A DNA stretch of 64,000 nt from Candidatus Bathyarchaeota archaeon (GTDB lineage: Archaea > Thermoproteota > Bathyarchaeia > Bathyarchaeales > Bathycorpusculaceae). This document shows, piece by piece, positions 1 to 8,732 of this stretch. The stretch's first letter is position 1, and the number at the start of each line of letters is the position of its first letter. The position numbers were made by a program, and so were the translations under genes. The stretch is taken from positions 13,698 through 77,697 of the forward strand of contig CAWIYM010000006.1 of NCBI GenBank assembly GCA_963840325.1. The letters run 5' to 3'. The notes under the pieces are model-generated. The model made no database searches, had not been told where the DNA came from, and was given only the letters and a program-made list of their open reading frames with translations.

Positions 1-1
1 A

Positions 2-409
2 CCTGGCACAGGGGATGAACCTTTAAGTATCGCTCAGCTCCTGCCAGACATCGATGGCGTAGTAATCGTAACCATGCCCTCAGAACTGTCAAGCTCCATT
101 GTTAAGAAAGCAATAACATTCGCTGAGAGACTGAAAATGCCAATCATCGGAGTGGTGGAGAATATGAGCGGCTTTATTTGTCCACATTGTGGGAAAAAAA
201 CAGAGATTTTCCAGTCAGGCGGAGGCAAAAAAATGGCTCAAGAAATGGGCGTAGCATTTCTCGGAAGCATCCCCATTGACCCCAAAGTAGGTTTAGATTC
301 TGACAAGGGAACACCCTTTGTGGTTTCAAACAAGGATTTGGCAGCAACCAAAGCCTTCATGGAAATTGTAAAAAACGTTGATGAATACGTAAAAAAGAAA
401 CAAAAGTAA
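2..409 (+). CDS. mrp: Mrp/NBP35 (ApbC) ATP-binding Fe-S cluster carrier, 5'-truncated by window edge
   Basis: Frame from nt 2 reads PGTGDEPLSIAQLLPDIDGVVIVT..., then GVVENMSGFICPHCG and FLGSIPIDP family motifs. Confidence 0.93.
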   Translation, partial: PGTGDEPLSIAQLLPDIDGVVIVTMPSELSSSIVKKAITFAERLKMPIIGVVENMSGFICPHCGKKTEIFQSGGGKKMAQEMGVAFLGSIPIDPKVGLDSDKGTPFVVSNKDLAATKAFMEIVKNVDEYVKKKQK

Positions 410-457
410 AAAATTGGAGAGCTTAAAAACTCCCAGGTTTAATTTTTTTTGATTAAA

Positions 458-748
458 CTACTCTTTTGTAAGAGTAATTTCTATCGTTGAAACCATCCTG
501 GATCTATTCTCGCCTTCGCGTGGTGGCATCTCGGCAGTACCGATTGCAATCTTTGTCACTTTGAGATCTTTTATGAATCGGCTTCTTGTGATTTCTGCAA
601 CGTCAACTGCTGTGGTGATTGCTTGTCCTCGGGCTTTTAGGGTAATTTCTTTACCTGCACCTGAAGAGAATGCGGTTATGATTGCGAGTACATAGCTCAT
701 TGGTGGTTTATTTCCGACGAATATAACGTCACTAGCTTTTTCTGTCAT
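458..748 (-). CDS. albA: Alba DNA/RNA-binding chromatin protein
   Basis: IFVGNKPPMSYVLA, LKARGQAITTAVDVAE, VSTIEITL motifs; 96 aa. Confidence 0.95.
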   Translation of the reverse strand: MTEKASDVIFVGNKPPMSYVLAIITAFSSGAGKEITLKARGQAITTAVDVAEITRSRFIKDLKVTKIAIGTAEMPPREGENRSRMVSTIEITLTKE

Positions 749-1033
749 TTCATATCACACTCCTTTTTATGTTGTTTCTTGCCTTGCAACTACATTCAGT
801 TGTCTTTTCAGACAAAGAACGTAAACTCATATAACTCAAAACTTCCTAATAAACAAAATTCAGCAATTCGATACGCGATTAAGCCCCAATTGCGACTTGC
901 ATGCATGTTTGTTCATAAATTTACTTTTCAACTTATGGCAAACAGGATATTTGACGGTTGTTACCAAGCAAAAAGCGCTATAGTTTTATACAGCCACTTT
1001 GAAGGGAGAGTACAAGCAGAGAGGAATTATTCC

Positions 1034-1804
1034 ATGTCTGTGTCACCTGGTCTAAGAGAAGTTTTAGCTAGAAGAATCGCTGGAGAAATAATTCTTTCAG
1101 GCAAACCAGGCTCAACTATGCGTAAATGGCGTGAACTTTTCGCTGTTTCACAAATCAGCCTTTCCGAAGCAATGGGTTTGTCCTCCTCAGTTGTAAGTGA
1201 TTACGAAAGCGGAAGAAGAAAAAGCCCAGGCGCCAAATTCATCCGAAAGTTCGTACTTTCACTTTTACAGATTGATGAGGGTAAAGGCAGCCGTTTTATT
1301 CGAGAGTTTGCTAAATTGACCAGTTCACCAAGTATGGCTGTTGTTGACTTACGCGAGTTTCCTATACCAGTCAGGGTAGAGTACTTGTGCAAAGCGATAG
1401 GAGGCGAAATCATTGCTTGCAAGGAAAAATACGTTAAAGAAGTTACTGGCTACACGGTCATTGACAGCAGAAAAGCAGTTGAAGCATATTCAGGTTCAGA
1501 ATATGCGCAGCTCTTTGGTGCCTCAACGGAACGGGCTTTAATTTTCACTAATGTAGAAATCGGATGTTTACCAATGATGATTGTTCGTGTTAGCAGTCTC
1601 AAACCGAGAATCGTAGTATTTCACAAAACAATGCCTGATGAAGAAGCAATAAAGATAGCAGAGTACGAACAGATACCTCTGATTTATTCAACTTCACCCA
1701 GTCTTGAGCAGTTGGTAAAGTCGCTCCGTAAACTGTACCGTATAGCTTTGCGAGTTAAGCTTGGAAGAAGAAAGGTGCGTCCTCCACCAAAAATAAGCGT
1801 CTAA
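1034..1804 (+). CDS. Archaeal HTH (Xre-like, COG1709-type) transcriptional regulator
   Basis: IAGEIILS..PGSTMRKWRELF..SVVSDYESGRRKSPG signature; ATG at 1034 after GAGG; upstream extension in ORF track is probably non-coding. Confidence 0.85.
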   Translation: MSVSPGLREVLARRIAGEIILSGKPGSTMRKWRELFAVSQISLSEAMGLSSSVVSDYESGRRKSPGAKFIRKFVLSLLQIDEGKGSRFIREFAKLTSSPSMAVVDLREFPIPVRVEYLCKAIGGEIIACKEKYVKEVTGYTVIDSRKAVEAYSGSEYAQLFGASTERALIFTNVEIGCLPMMIVRVSSLKPRIVVFHKTMPDEEAIKIAEYEQIPLIYSTSPSLEQLVKSLRKLYRIALRVKLGRRKVRPPPKISV

Positions 1805-1997
1805 AAATAATGCATATGTTGATTTAGATTTTGAAGGGTTCTTTTTTAGCACTGTTTCTCAGCAAACTATAGCCTAACAAAGCACGCCAATTATTCCTAC
1901 TCTTAGTAGTGAAACGCGCCAATTCGCGAGTTTCCGCAAATTAGATAGCAAAATGCAGTGACAATAGGATCCAAATAACGTGATGTGTTGATATCTT

Positions 1998-2408
1998 TTA
2001 TGAACTGCGAAGAACTATCATTGTGTTAGTTTTCATAATGCCTTCAACTCGCCGGATTTTCTCAATGCACTCGTTAACTTCTGTAACATTCATTCCGCTA
2101 ATAACTGATACGATGTCATACTCACCTGTGACCTCATAAACGGTTTCAACGTTAGGGATAGCTTGGATTTTTTTTGAGACTTCTTGGGTTGGGTAAGCTG
2201 GGTTGGTAGCGAGTAGTGTTATCGCTTGGGCACCTTCTGCTAGACCGATTTTAACGGTGAATTTCTTGATGACGCTTTCGTCGGTTAATATCTTAATTCT
2301 TTTACGGACTGCGCCTTCTGATAAGTTTACTTTGGCACCTATTTCGCCGTAACCTGCTCTTGCGTCGTCTTTTAGAATTTTTATGATTTGTTTGTCCTTT
2401 TCATCCAT
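1998..2408 (-). CDS. Lrp/AsnC family regulator (LysM-like), divergent from lysW
   Basis: MDEKDKQII..LSEGAVRKRI HTH and YEVTGEYDI RAM motif; start taken at ATG 2408. Confidence 0.9.
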   Translation of the reverse strand: MDEKDKQIIKILKDDARAGYGEIGAKVNLSEGAVRKRIKILTDESVIKKFTVKIGLAEGAQAITLLATNPAYPTQEVSKKIQAIPNVETVYEVTGEYDIVSVISGMNVTEVNECIEKIRRVEGIMKTNTMIVLRSS

Positions 2409-2552
2409 TTTTTCAGCCGATTCACTAGTCGTTTGCAAAAATTTAACGCTTTCCATCTTTAACATCGGAGATTAGAACGTATTTCGTTATGCTGGAGCGT
2501 TTATAGTCCGTTTTTTCATAACAAAAGAAACAAAAAAACTGCACCAAATAGA

Positions 2553-2597
2553 ACATTAAGAGTCCAAGTTGTAACAAATAAGTCAAAATGTTTAAAA
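2553..2597 (+). promoter_or_regulatory. Promoter of lysW operon: semi-palindromic operator-like box abutting TATA box TTTAAAA
   Basis: GTAACAAATAAGTCAAAATGTTTAAAA (2571-2597) matches 30222-30248 at 24/27 positions. Confidence 0.7.
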
Positions 2598-2655
2598 GAA
2601 ACCCGAAATATATCTGAATGACATTTCCGAATAAAAAAAAAGTGACGAATAAAAA

Positions 2656-2862
2656 ATGATTAAACCCGTAAACTCAAACCAATCGAACGTAAAGGCAAAA
2701 TGCCCCGACTGCGACGCAGAACTTGACGTTCCAGCAGACACAGAGAAAGGCGAAATCGTAAGTTGCCCTGGCTGTGGACTTGAACTCGAAGTTAAACAGA
2801 TGAAATGCGGCTGCGTTGACCTTCAAGAGTTAACAATTGAAGGGGAAGACTGGGGCGAATAA
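2656..2862 (+). CDS. lysW: LysW amino-group carrier protein
   Basis: CPDC/CPGC zinc ribbon and diagnostic C-terminal EDWGE. Confidence 0.97.
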   Translation: MIKPVNSNQSNVKAKCPDCDAELDVPADTEKGEIVSCPGCGLELEVKQMKCGCVDLQELTIEGEDWGE

Positions 2863-2937
2863 ACAGTATCGAACAACCCACTTTCTAACAGAAAATCACC
2901 TTTTTAAGGCATCATTTTTTAATGGGAGCGTAAAGCG

Positions 2938-4122
2938 ATGAGCATTGCACTTTTGTATGAGCGCTCGGAAAACGACGAAAACGGCATAAAGCTCACCGCC
3001 AAACAGCTCGATATAGATTTAACATTCATTCCATTCCGAAAAATTGCCTTGTCTATTTCCAAAGAGGGTTTCAGCGCCAAAACAAAAGGCAAAGACTACA
3101 CAGGCATCCTCGAAAACACAAAGGTTGTGATTAACCGCGCTCAAAGCAAAAATCGGCGCCTCCAAGCCTCATACATCATGGAGATGCTCGGCAAAAAAAC
3201 CCTCAACTCCTCCCAAATCGAATTCGTGTGTTACAGCAAACTACGTACCCTTTTAAATCTGCACAAAGAGGGCATCCCAATTCCCAAAACCATCTTTGTC
3301 CCATGCGACGCAACGGACACGATGAAGAATGGACGGGAAATCCACAACGAAAAAGATATAGCTGACCTATTCGAGGCAGAAATTCCCATAGCGGAAGGCA
3401 TCGTGATCAAAGCTGACGCTGGAACCCATGGCAAAATGATTATGCTCTCCCAAAACCGCGAGGAACTGGAAGCCAGCATTAAAGAAACCAAACCTTCAAT
3501 AATCAACCCCATCGGAGTGGTCGCTCAGGAACTTGTCCAGAAATGGTTCTACGATCTACGCATCATAGTTTCAAAAGAGAAAGGAAAACAACCCGTTTGC
3601 TACCACACCTCAATGGCGCGTGCAGGCTTCAAAGATTTCCGGACCAACACTTTCCTTGGCAACCTTGTTTTCCACGCTAAACTTCCACTGAGCATTCAGG
3701 AGTTAGCGGTTAAATGCGGCAAAACCCTGGGAAAAGGTAGTGAAGCTTGGATTTTCGCTTTAGATGCTATGGTGAACGTTGGCGACAACAAGAACGCTAA
3801 CGACGCTTATCTGAAAAGCCAGCTGGATTCAGCTGCACATGCCTTTGTTTCTGTCCAAAATGTTAAGGCAGATGAGACGCGTCTAACAGATTTCGAGTCT
3901 TGGACCAGCAAGTTAGAGAAAGCCTTCAGTTCCTACAAGAATAGTGCTGCTTACGAAAACATTAAGAATATAATTGAAGAAAATGTAGAAAAAAATAAGA
4001 GCGCCTTGGTGTTTCACGAGTCAAATTCTTGCCCAGAATTCTGGGAGAACACGCGGCTCGCAACGGGACTCAACGTGGCTATCCCCCTACTAAAGGGCGC
4101 TCAAAGCCTAATCGACCATTAA
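2938..4122 (+). CDS. lysX: Divergent ATP-grasp LysW ligase (LysX/ArgX family) with ~70-aa insertion
   Basis: Directly after lysW; GIPIPKT, VAQELV..YDLRII, FRTN and HESNSCPEF..TGLNVA ATP-grasp motifs. Confidence 0.8.
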   Translation: MSIALLYERSENDENGIKLTAKQLDIDLTFIPFRKIALSISKEGFSAKTKGKDYTGILENTKVVINRAQSKNRRLQASYIMEMLGKKTLNSSQIEFVCYSKLRTLLNLHKEGIPIPKTIFVPCDATDTMKNGREIHNEKDIADLFEAEIPIAEGIVIKADAGTHGKMIMLSQNREELEASIKETKPSIINPIGVVAQELVQKWFYDLRIIVSKEKGKQPVCYHTSMARAGFKDFRTNTFLGNLVFHAKLPLSIQELAVKCGKTLGKGSEAWIFALDAMVNVGDNKNANDAYLKSQLDSAAHAFVSVQNVKADETRLTDFESWTSKLEKAFSSYKNSAAYENIKNIIEENVEKNKSALVFHESNSCPEFWENTRLATGLNVAIPLLKGAQSLIDH

Positions 4123-4144
4123 TCAAAACATAGAGGAAAAAGAA

Positions 4145-5197
4145 ATGCGAATTGGAATAATCGGCGGTTCAGGATACGTTGGCAGTGAACTACTAAGACT
4201 GCTGCTTTTGCACCCAGAAGTAGAGGTAACTATGGTTACTTCACGCCAAAGTGCAGGAGAATACGTCTTCAACGTGCACCCAAACCTAAGAGGCTTAACT
4301 CAACTAAAATTCGTGCCCCAAGACACGGCTGAACTCCAGAAGAACTGCGACTTAATATTCACAGCCACCCCACACGGCGGCTCAGTGAACCTTGTCCCCA
4401 AACTCCTTGAAACAGGCCTAAAAGTAATCGACATGAGCGCTGATTTTCGCCTCAAAAACCCAGCTGACTACGACTCTTACTATGGCTGGAAACATGCTCA
4501 TCCAGAAATGCTCAAAGAAGCAGCCTACGGCTTACCTGAACTTCATCGGGAAGAAATCAAAAAAGCCAAACTCGTTGCCTGCCCTGGCTGCATGGCAACA
4601 TCTGCAATCCTCGGCTTAGCACCAATCGTGAAAGCTGGCTTAGTTGATAACAGCAAAATCATAGTTGACCTCAAAGTGGGCTCTTCGGGCGGCGGCAGCA
4701 AACCAAACCTCGCCTCACATCATCCTGAACGTTTCAGCGGCGTCCGCCCCTACCAAGTCACTGGGCACCGGCACACTGCCGAAGTAGAACAGGAACTAAC
4801 AGTATTAGCCAATGAACCAGTAAAAATCGGCTTCACCCCGCACGCAGTTAACATGGTACGAGGCATCCTTGCAACCATCTACGCCTTCCCCAAGCAACCC
4901 ATAACCAGCAAAGATCTCTGGAAAGCACTCCGAGGAATGTATGGCACCGAACCCTTCGTTCGTTTAGTGAAGTACCAGAAAGGACCCTACCAGTTACCAG
5001 ACCCCAAAATTGTCATGGGTACAAACTTCTGCGACGTCGGCTTCGAAATCGACGAACACGCAAACCGACTCATCTTATTCTCAGCTATAGACAACATGAC
5101 TAAGGGTGCCGCAGGACAAGGCGTTCAATGCCTCAACCTACTCATGGGAATAGACGAGACCACAGGCCTTAAGAGCACTGGGTTCCATCCAGCGTGA
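4145..5197 (+). CDS. argC: [LysW]-glutamyl/aminoadipyl-phosphate reductase (ArgC/LysY)
   Basis: GGSGYVGSEL, IDMSADFR, ACPGC catalytic Cys, DNMTKGAAGQ. Confidence 0.95.
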   Translation: MRIGIIGGSGYVGSELLRLLLLHPEVEVTMVTSRQSAGEYVFNVHPNLRGLTQLKFVPQDTAELQKNCDLIFTATPHGGSVNLVPKLLETGLKVIDMSADFRLKNPADYDSYYGWKHAHPEMLKEAAYGLPELHREEIKKAKLVACPGCMATSAILGLAPIVKAGLVDNSKIIVDLKVGSSGGGSKPNLASHHPERFSGVRPYQVTGHRHTAEVEQELTVLANEPVKIGFTPHAVNMVRGILATIYAFPKQPITSKDLWKALRGMYGTEPFVRLVKYQKGPYQLPDPKIVMGTNFCDVGFEIDEHANRLILFSAIDNMTKGAAGQGVQCLNLLMGIDETTGLKSTGFHPA

Positions 5198-5203
5198 TTT
5201 GTC

Positions 5204-6013
5204 ATGTTGCTTGTTATTAAGATGGGTGGAAGCATCCTAAAAGAAGGCGCCTCCACAGATCTAATCGCCGACCTCAAAGAAGTTGCCAAACAAAACAAAA
5301 TTATCCTTGTCCACGGCGGAGGAGTAGAAGTCACCGAAATCGCCTCAAAACTGGGCAAAGAACAAAAATTCATAATCTCACCCGAAGGTTTCCGCAGCCG
5401 CTACACCGACAAAGAAACAATCGAAATCTACACCATGGTTATGGCTGGAAAAATCAACAAGCAAATCGTGTTAGCCCTGCAAAGCCAAGGAATCCCTGCT
5501 GTCGGTTTGAGTGGACTTGACGCTGGAATATTGAAGGCTGAACGAAAAACCAAACTGATCGCAGTGGATGAACGTGGCAGAAAGAAAGTAATGGATGGCG
5601 GCTACACGGGCAAAATTACTCAAGTCAACACTCAACTACTGAATTTGTTACTTGCGAACGGTTACATGCCAATCGTGACCCCTATAGCGTTAAGCCAAGA
5701 CTTTGAGCCGCTAAACGTGGATGGTGACCGAACCGCAGCCATAATTGCAGGCGCACTCAAAGCAGACAAACTAATTCTACTCACTGACGTTGAAGGCTTA
5801 ATGCTCAAGGGCGAACGGGTTCCTAAAATCGCCGCAACCGAAGTCAAAGAAGTGCTTTCCAAAATCGGCGGCGGCATGAGCACCAAAGTCCACGCTGGCT
5901 TGGAAGCGTTAAACCAAGGCGTAAAAGAAGTCCTAGTTACTTCCGGAAAAGTTAAGCAGCCTATTACTTCAGCTCTCAATCATCAGGTTGGTACAGTGAT
6001 AACTAGTGAATGA
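5204..6013 (+). CDS. lysZ: [LysW]-glutamate/aminoadipate kinase (LysZ/ArgB)
   Basis: VIKMGGS, VHGGG, SRYTD, LNVDGDR motifs. Confidence 0.93.
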   Translation: MLLVIKMGGSILKEGASTDLIADLKEVAKQNKIILVHGGGVEVTEIASKLGKEQKFIISPEGFRSRYTDKETIEIYTMVMAGKINKQIVLALQSQGIPAVGLSGLDAGILKAERKTKLIAVDERGRKKVMDGGYTGKITQVNTQLLNLLLANGYMPIVTPIALSQDFEPLNVDGDRTAAIIAGALKADKLILLTDVEGLMLKGERVPKIAATEVKEVLSKIGGGMSTKVHAGLEALNQGVKEVLVTSGKVKQPITSALNHQVGTVITSE

Positions 6014-7217
6014 AAAAACCATAATGGAAACTGAAAACCGCTACTTAGCCAACGTCTTCTCCAAAAAACCAGTCGTGATCACACGCGGAAAAGGCGCGCT
6101 TCTATGGGACATTAATGGACAGGAATATGTTGATTGTGCAAGCAGCTACGGAGTGGCAGCTCTGGGTCATTGTCACCCAAAAGTTGTAGCGGCAATAAAA
6201 GCTCAAGCCGAACAGCTCATCACCTGCCATAGCTGCTACTACAACGATAAACGAGCCGAATTCATAGAAAAACTAGTCAAGATAACACCTAAAGGTTTGG
6301 ACAAAGCGTTCCTCTCCAACAGTGGAGCAGAATCCGTTGAATGCGCCATTAAGCTCGCCCGAAAATTCACAGGCAAACCTGAAATCATCGCGCTAATGGG
6401 TGCGTTCCATGGCAAAACCATGGGTGCGCTTTCAGCGACGTGGGATAAAAAGTACCGCGAACCATTCATGCCACTTATCCCAGAGTTCAAGCATGTTGCT
6501 CCCGACAATGCAGACAAAATTCGTGAAGCCATAACGGACAAAACAGCTGCTGTCCTCATGGAACCGATTCGAGGAGAAGGTGGAGTCCGAGTTCCACAGG
6601 ACGGTTACTTGCAGGCAGTGCGGGAAATCTGCGACGAAAAAGGTGCTCTACTAATTTTCGATGAAGTCCAAACAAGCTTTGGGCGCACAGGTAAGCTGTT
6701 CGGCTGCCAAAACTGGAACGTTACTCCAGATGTTTTGTGTTTAGCGAAACCTTTTGCAGGTGGGTTGCCCATCGGCATAACTGTTGCAAAAGAAAACATT
6801 ATGTCCTCACTTAAAGTCGGCGAACACTCAACTACTTTCAGCGGAAGCCCCCTGGTTTGCGCCGCAGGATGCGCTGCAATCGATGCTCTATTGGAAGAGA
6901 AGCTTGCGGACAAAGCAGAAGTCAATGGCAAATACTTCAAGTCACAGCTTGAAGGGCTGCAGGCGAAACATAAAATCATTAAGGAAGTCCGCGGATTAGG
7001 GTTAATGTTGGGCATGGAATTGCGGTATGATGTACATAACGTAATTTTGAAGACACAAGCAAAGGGCGTTTTAGTGCTGGATGCAGGTAGAACCGTCGTT
7101 CGTTTACTTCCGCCACTTGTTATAGAGAAAGCACAAATCGACAAAGCAATCGCGGTTTTAGACGCAGTTTTGGGAGAAGAAGAGAATGAACGAGCAAGCA
7201 GTACGGTTCCTAACTAA
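6006..7217 (+). CDS. lysJ: [LysW]-semialdehyde aminotransferase (LysJ/ArgD), class III PLP
   Basis: NSGAES, FHGKT, DEVQTSFGRTG, LAKPFAGG (PLP Lys); GTG start overlaps lysZ end. Confidence 0.93.
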   Translation: MNEKTIMETENRYLANVFSKKPVVITRGKGALLWDINGQEYVDCASSYGVAALGHCHPKVVAAIKAQAEQLITCHSCYYNDKRAEFIEKLVKITPKGLDKAFLSNSGAESVECAIKLARKFTGKPEIIALMGAFHGKTMGALSATWDKKYREPFMPLIPEFKHVAPDNADKIREAITDKTAAVLMEPIRGEGGVRVPQDGYLQAVREICDEKGALLIFDEVQTSFGRTGKLFGCQNWNVTPDVLCLAKPFAGGLPIGITVAKENIMSSLKVGEHSTTFSGSPLVCAAGCAAIDALLEEKLADKAEVNGKYFKSQLEGLQAKHKIIKEVRGLGLMLGMELRYDVHNVILKTQAKGVLVLDAGRTVVRLLPPLVIEKAQIDKAIAVLDAVLGEEENERASSTVPN

Positions 7218-8322
7218 CCTCTTAGGCATCTATAGCCCCTCAGGAAAAGAAGAGGACGCAGCCAACTTCTTAGACCTTGAAATGAACAAGATGGGTTTTG
7301 AGGTAGGCAAAGACGCCATAGGAAACGTAATCGGCGTCGTCGGCGAAGGCGACCCAGTCATACTATTGTGCGGTCATATGGATACTGTGGCTGGTCATCT
7401 GCCGCTTCGGATAGAAGAAGGCAAAATTTTCGCCCGTGGCGCCGTAGATGCGAAGGGTCCGCTAGCAGCGATGATTATGGCTGCCGTTGCCGCTGCTAAG
7501 GAGCATGGATTTAAAGGAAAAATCCTTGTTGCAGCAGTCGTTGAAGAAGAAGCTACCAGCCGAGGCGTCAAACACCTAATCACTCAAGGGATAACAGCTG
7601 ACTACGCCGTTTTCGGTGAACCTAGCGGAGTTGAGAACGTGACTATTGGCTACAAAGGACAAATTCAACTTAAAATCGTCCTCAAAACCGAGACTGGACA
7701 TGCCTCTACACCCTGGCTCTACGACAACTCTTTGGAGAAAGCATATGAACTTTGGGAACAAATCAAAAATGCTTCGTCCTATCCTTCACTGGATCCTTCA
7801 GCAAGCCCATATAACGCGGTCACAGCCTGCTTGGTTAAACTTGTGGGCGGCAGAGCCACGTCGGTAGTTCCCTTTGAAGCTGAAATGAACCTTGACATCC
7901 GAGTGCCCATCCAGTTCTCGACAGCTCAAGTTTATGAGCAGATCACAAAGATAATTACAAAATACCAAACTGCCAACCCAAAGACGTCTTTGAAAGCAAC
8001 AGTTCTTGACACGGTCGAACCGTTCGAAGTTAACAAGTCTTCACCACTAGTCCATGTGCTCTCGTCATCTGTCCGTAAAGTGCTAAATAAACCAGCAAAA
8101 CTGCTGCACAAAACAGGAACTGGCGACATGAACATTCTAGGCAAAGCCATGAACCTGCCAATCGTAACTTACGGTCCAGGAGACTCGCATCTCGACCACA
8201 CGTTGGATGAGCATATTGTTATAAGCGAATACTTGGACGCAATTACAGTTTACAAAGAGACGCTCATTAAACTATCAGAGTTGCATAACAACAAAAATAG
8301 CGGCGGTAATCACCCAGCATAA
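7186..8322 (+). CDS. lysK: [LysW]-ornithine/lysine hydrolase (LysK/ArgE), M20 peptidase
   Basis: GHMDTV, RGAVDAKG, EEE, GTGDMN, YGPGD..HT.DEHI. Confidence 0.92.
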   Translation: MNEQAVRFLTNLLGIYSPSGKEEDAANFLDLEMNKMGFEVGKDAIGNVIGVVGEGDPVILLCGHMDTVAGHLPLRIEEGKIFARGAVDAKGPLAAMIMAAVAAAKEHGFKGKILVAAVVEEEATSRGVKHLITQGITADYAVFGEPSGVENVTIGYKGQIQLKIVLKTETGHASTPWLYDNSLEKAYELWEQIKNASSYPSLDPSASPYNAVTACLVKLVGGRATSVVPFEAEMNLDIRVPIQFSTAQVYEQITKIITKYQTANPKTSLKATVLDTVEPFEVNKSSPLVHVLSSSVRKVLNKPAKLLHKTGTGDMNILGKAMNLPIVTYGPGDSHLDHTLDEHIVISEYLDAITVYKETLIKLSELHNNKNSGGNHPA

Positions 8323-8367
8323 TAGGTTTTAGAAATTAAACGCCATATAGAATTGTGAAGCGTAAAG

Positions 8368-8691
8368 ATGAACAAAGACGTTTTTGTCTCATCCGTAAAA
8401 GAAAGCGAAATCAAAGAGGGTCAAATGAGAGCTGTGCGAGTTAAGGGCAAGCCGATTTTGCTTGTTCGGAAGGGCGGCAAAGTTTTTGGTGTTTCAAACT
8501 ACTGTCCCCACATGGGCTGCACATTTGAAAGGGGAATTTTGAGAGATTACATGGTTATGTGTCCTTGCCACGGATGGAAATTTGACGTACGAACAGGAGA
8601 ATACATTGAAAACAAGGGGGCCACCTTGCAAACTTATCGATGCAAAGTTGAAGACGGGAAAATATACGTCGAAATCGAGAGACAAAAATAA
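8368..8691 (+). CDS. Rieske [2Fe-2S] ferredoxin
   Basis: CPHMG and CPCHGWKFD Rieske boxes. Confidence 0.92.
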   Translation: MNKDVFVSSVKESEIKEGQMRAVRVKGKPILLVRKGGKVFGVSNYCPHMGCTFERGILRDYMVMCPCHGWKFDVRTGEYIENKGATLQTYRCKVEDGKIYVEIERQK

Positions 8692-8732
8692 CCGAATTTT
8701 AATGGTGTGTGAGCTTAATTTTTAGGGCAATT

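Noticed and set aside
779-1033. 85-aa N-terminal extension of the HTH regulator in the ORF track
   Set aside because: AT-rich divergent promoter region; family similarity and an SD point to ATG 1034
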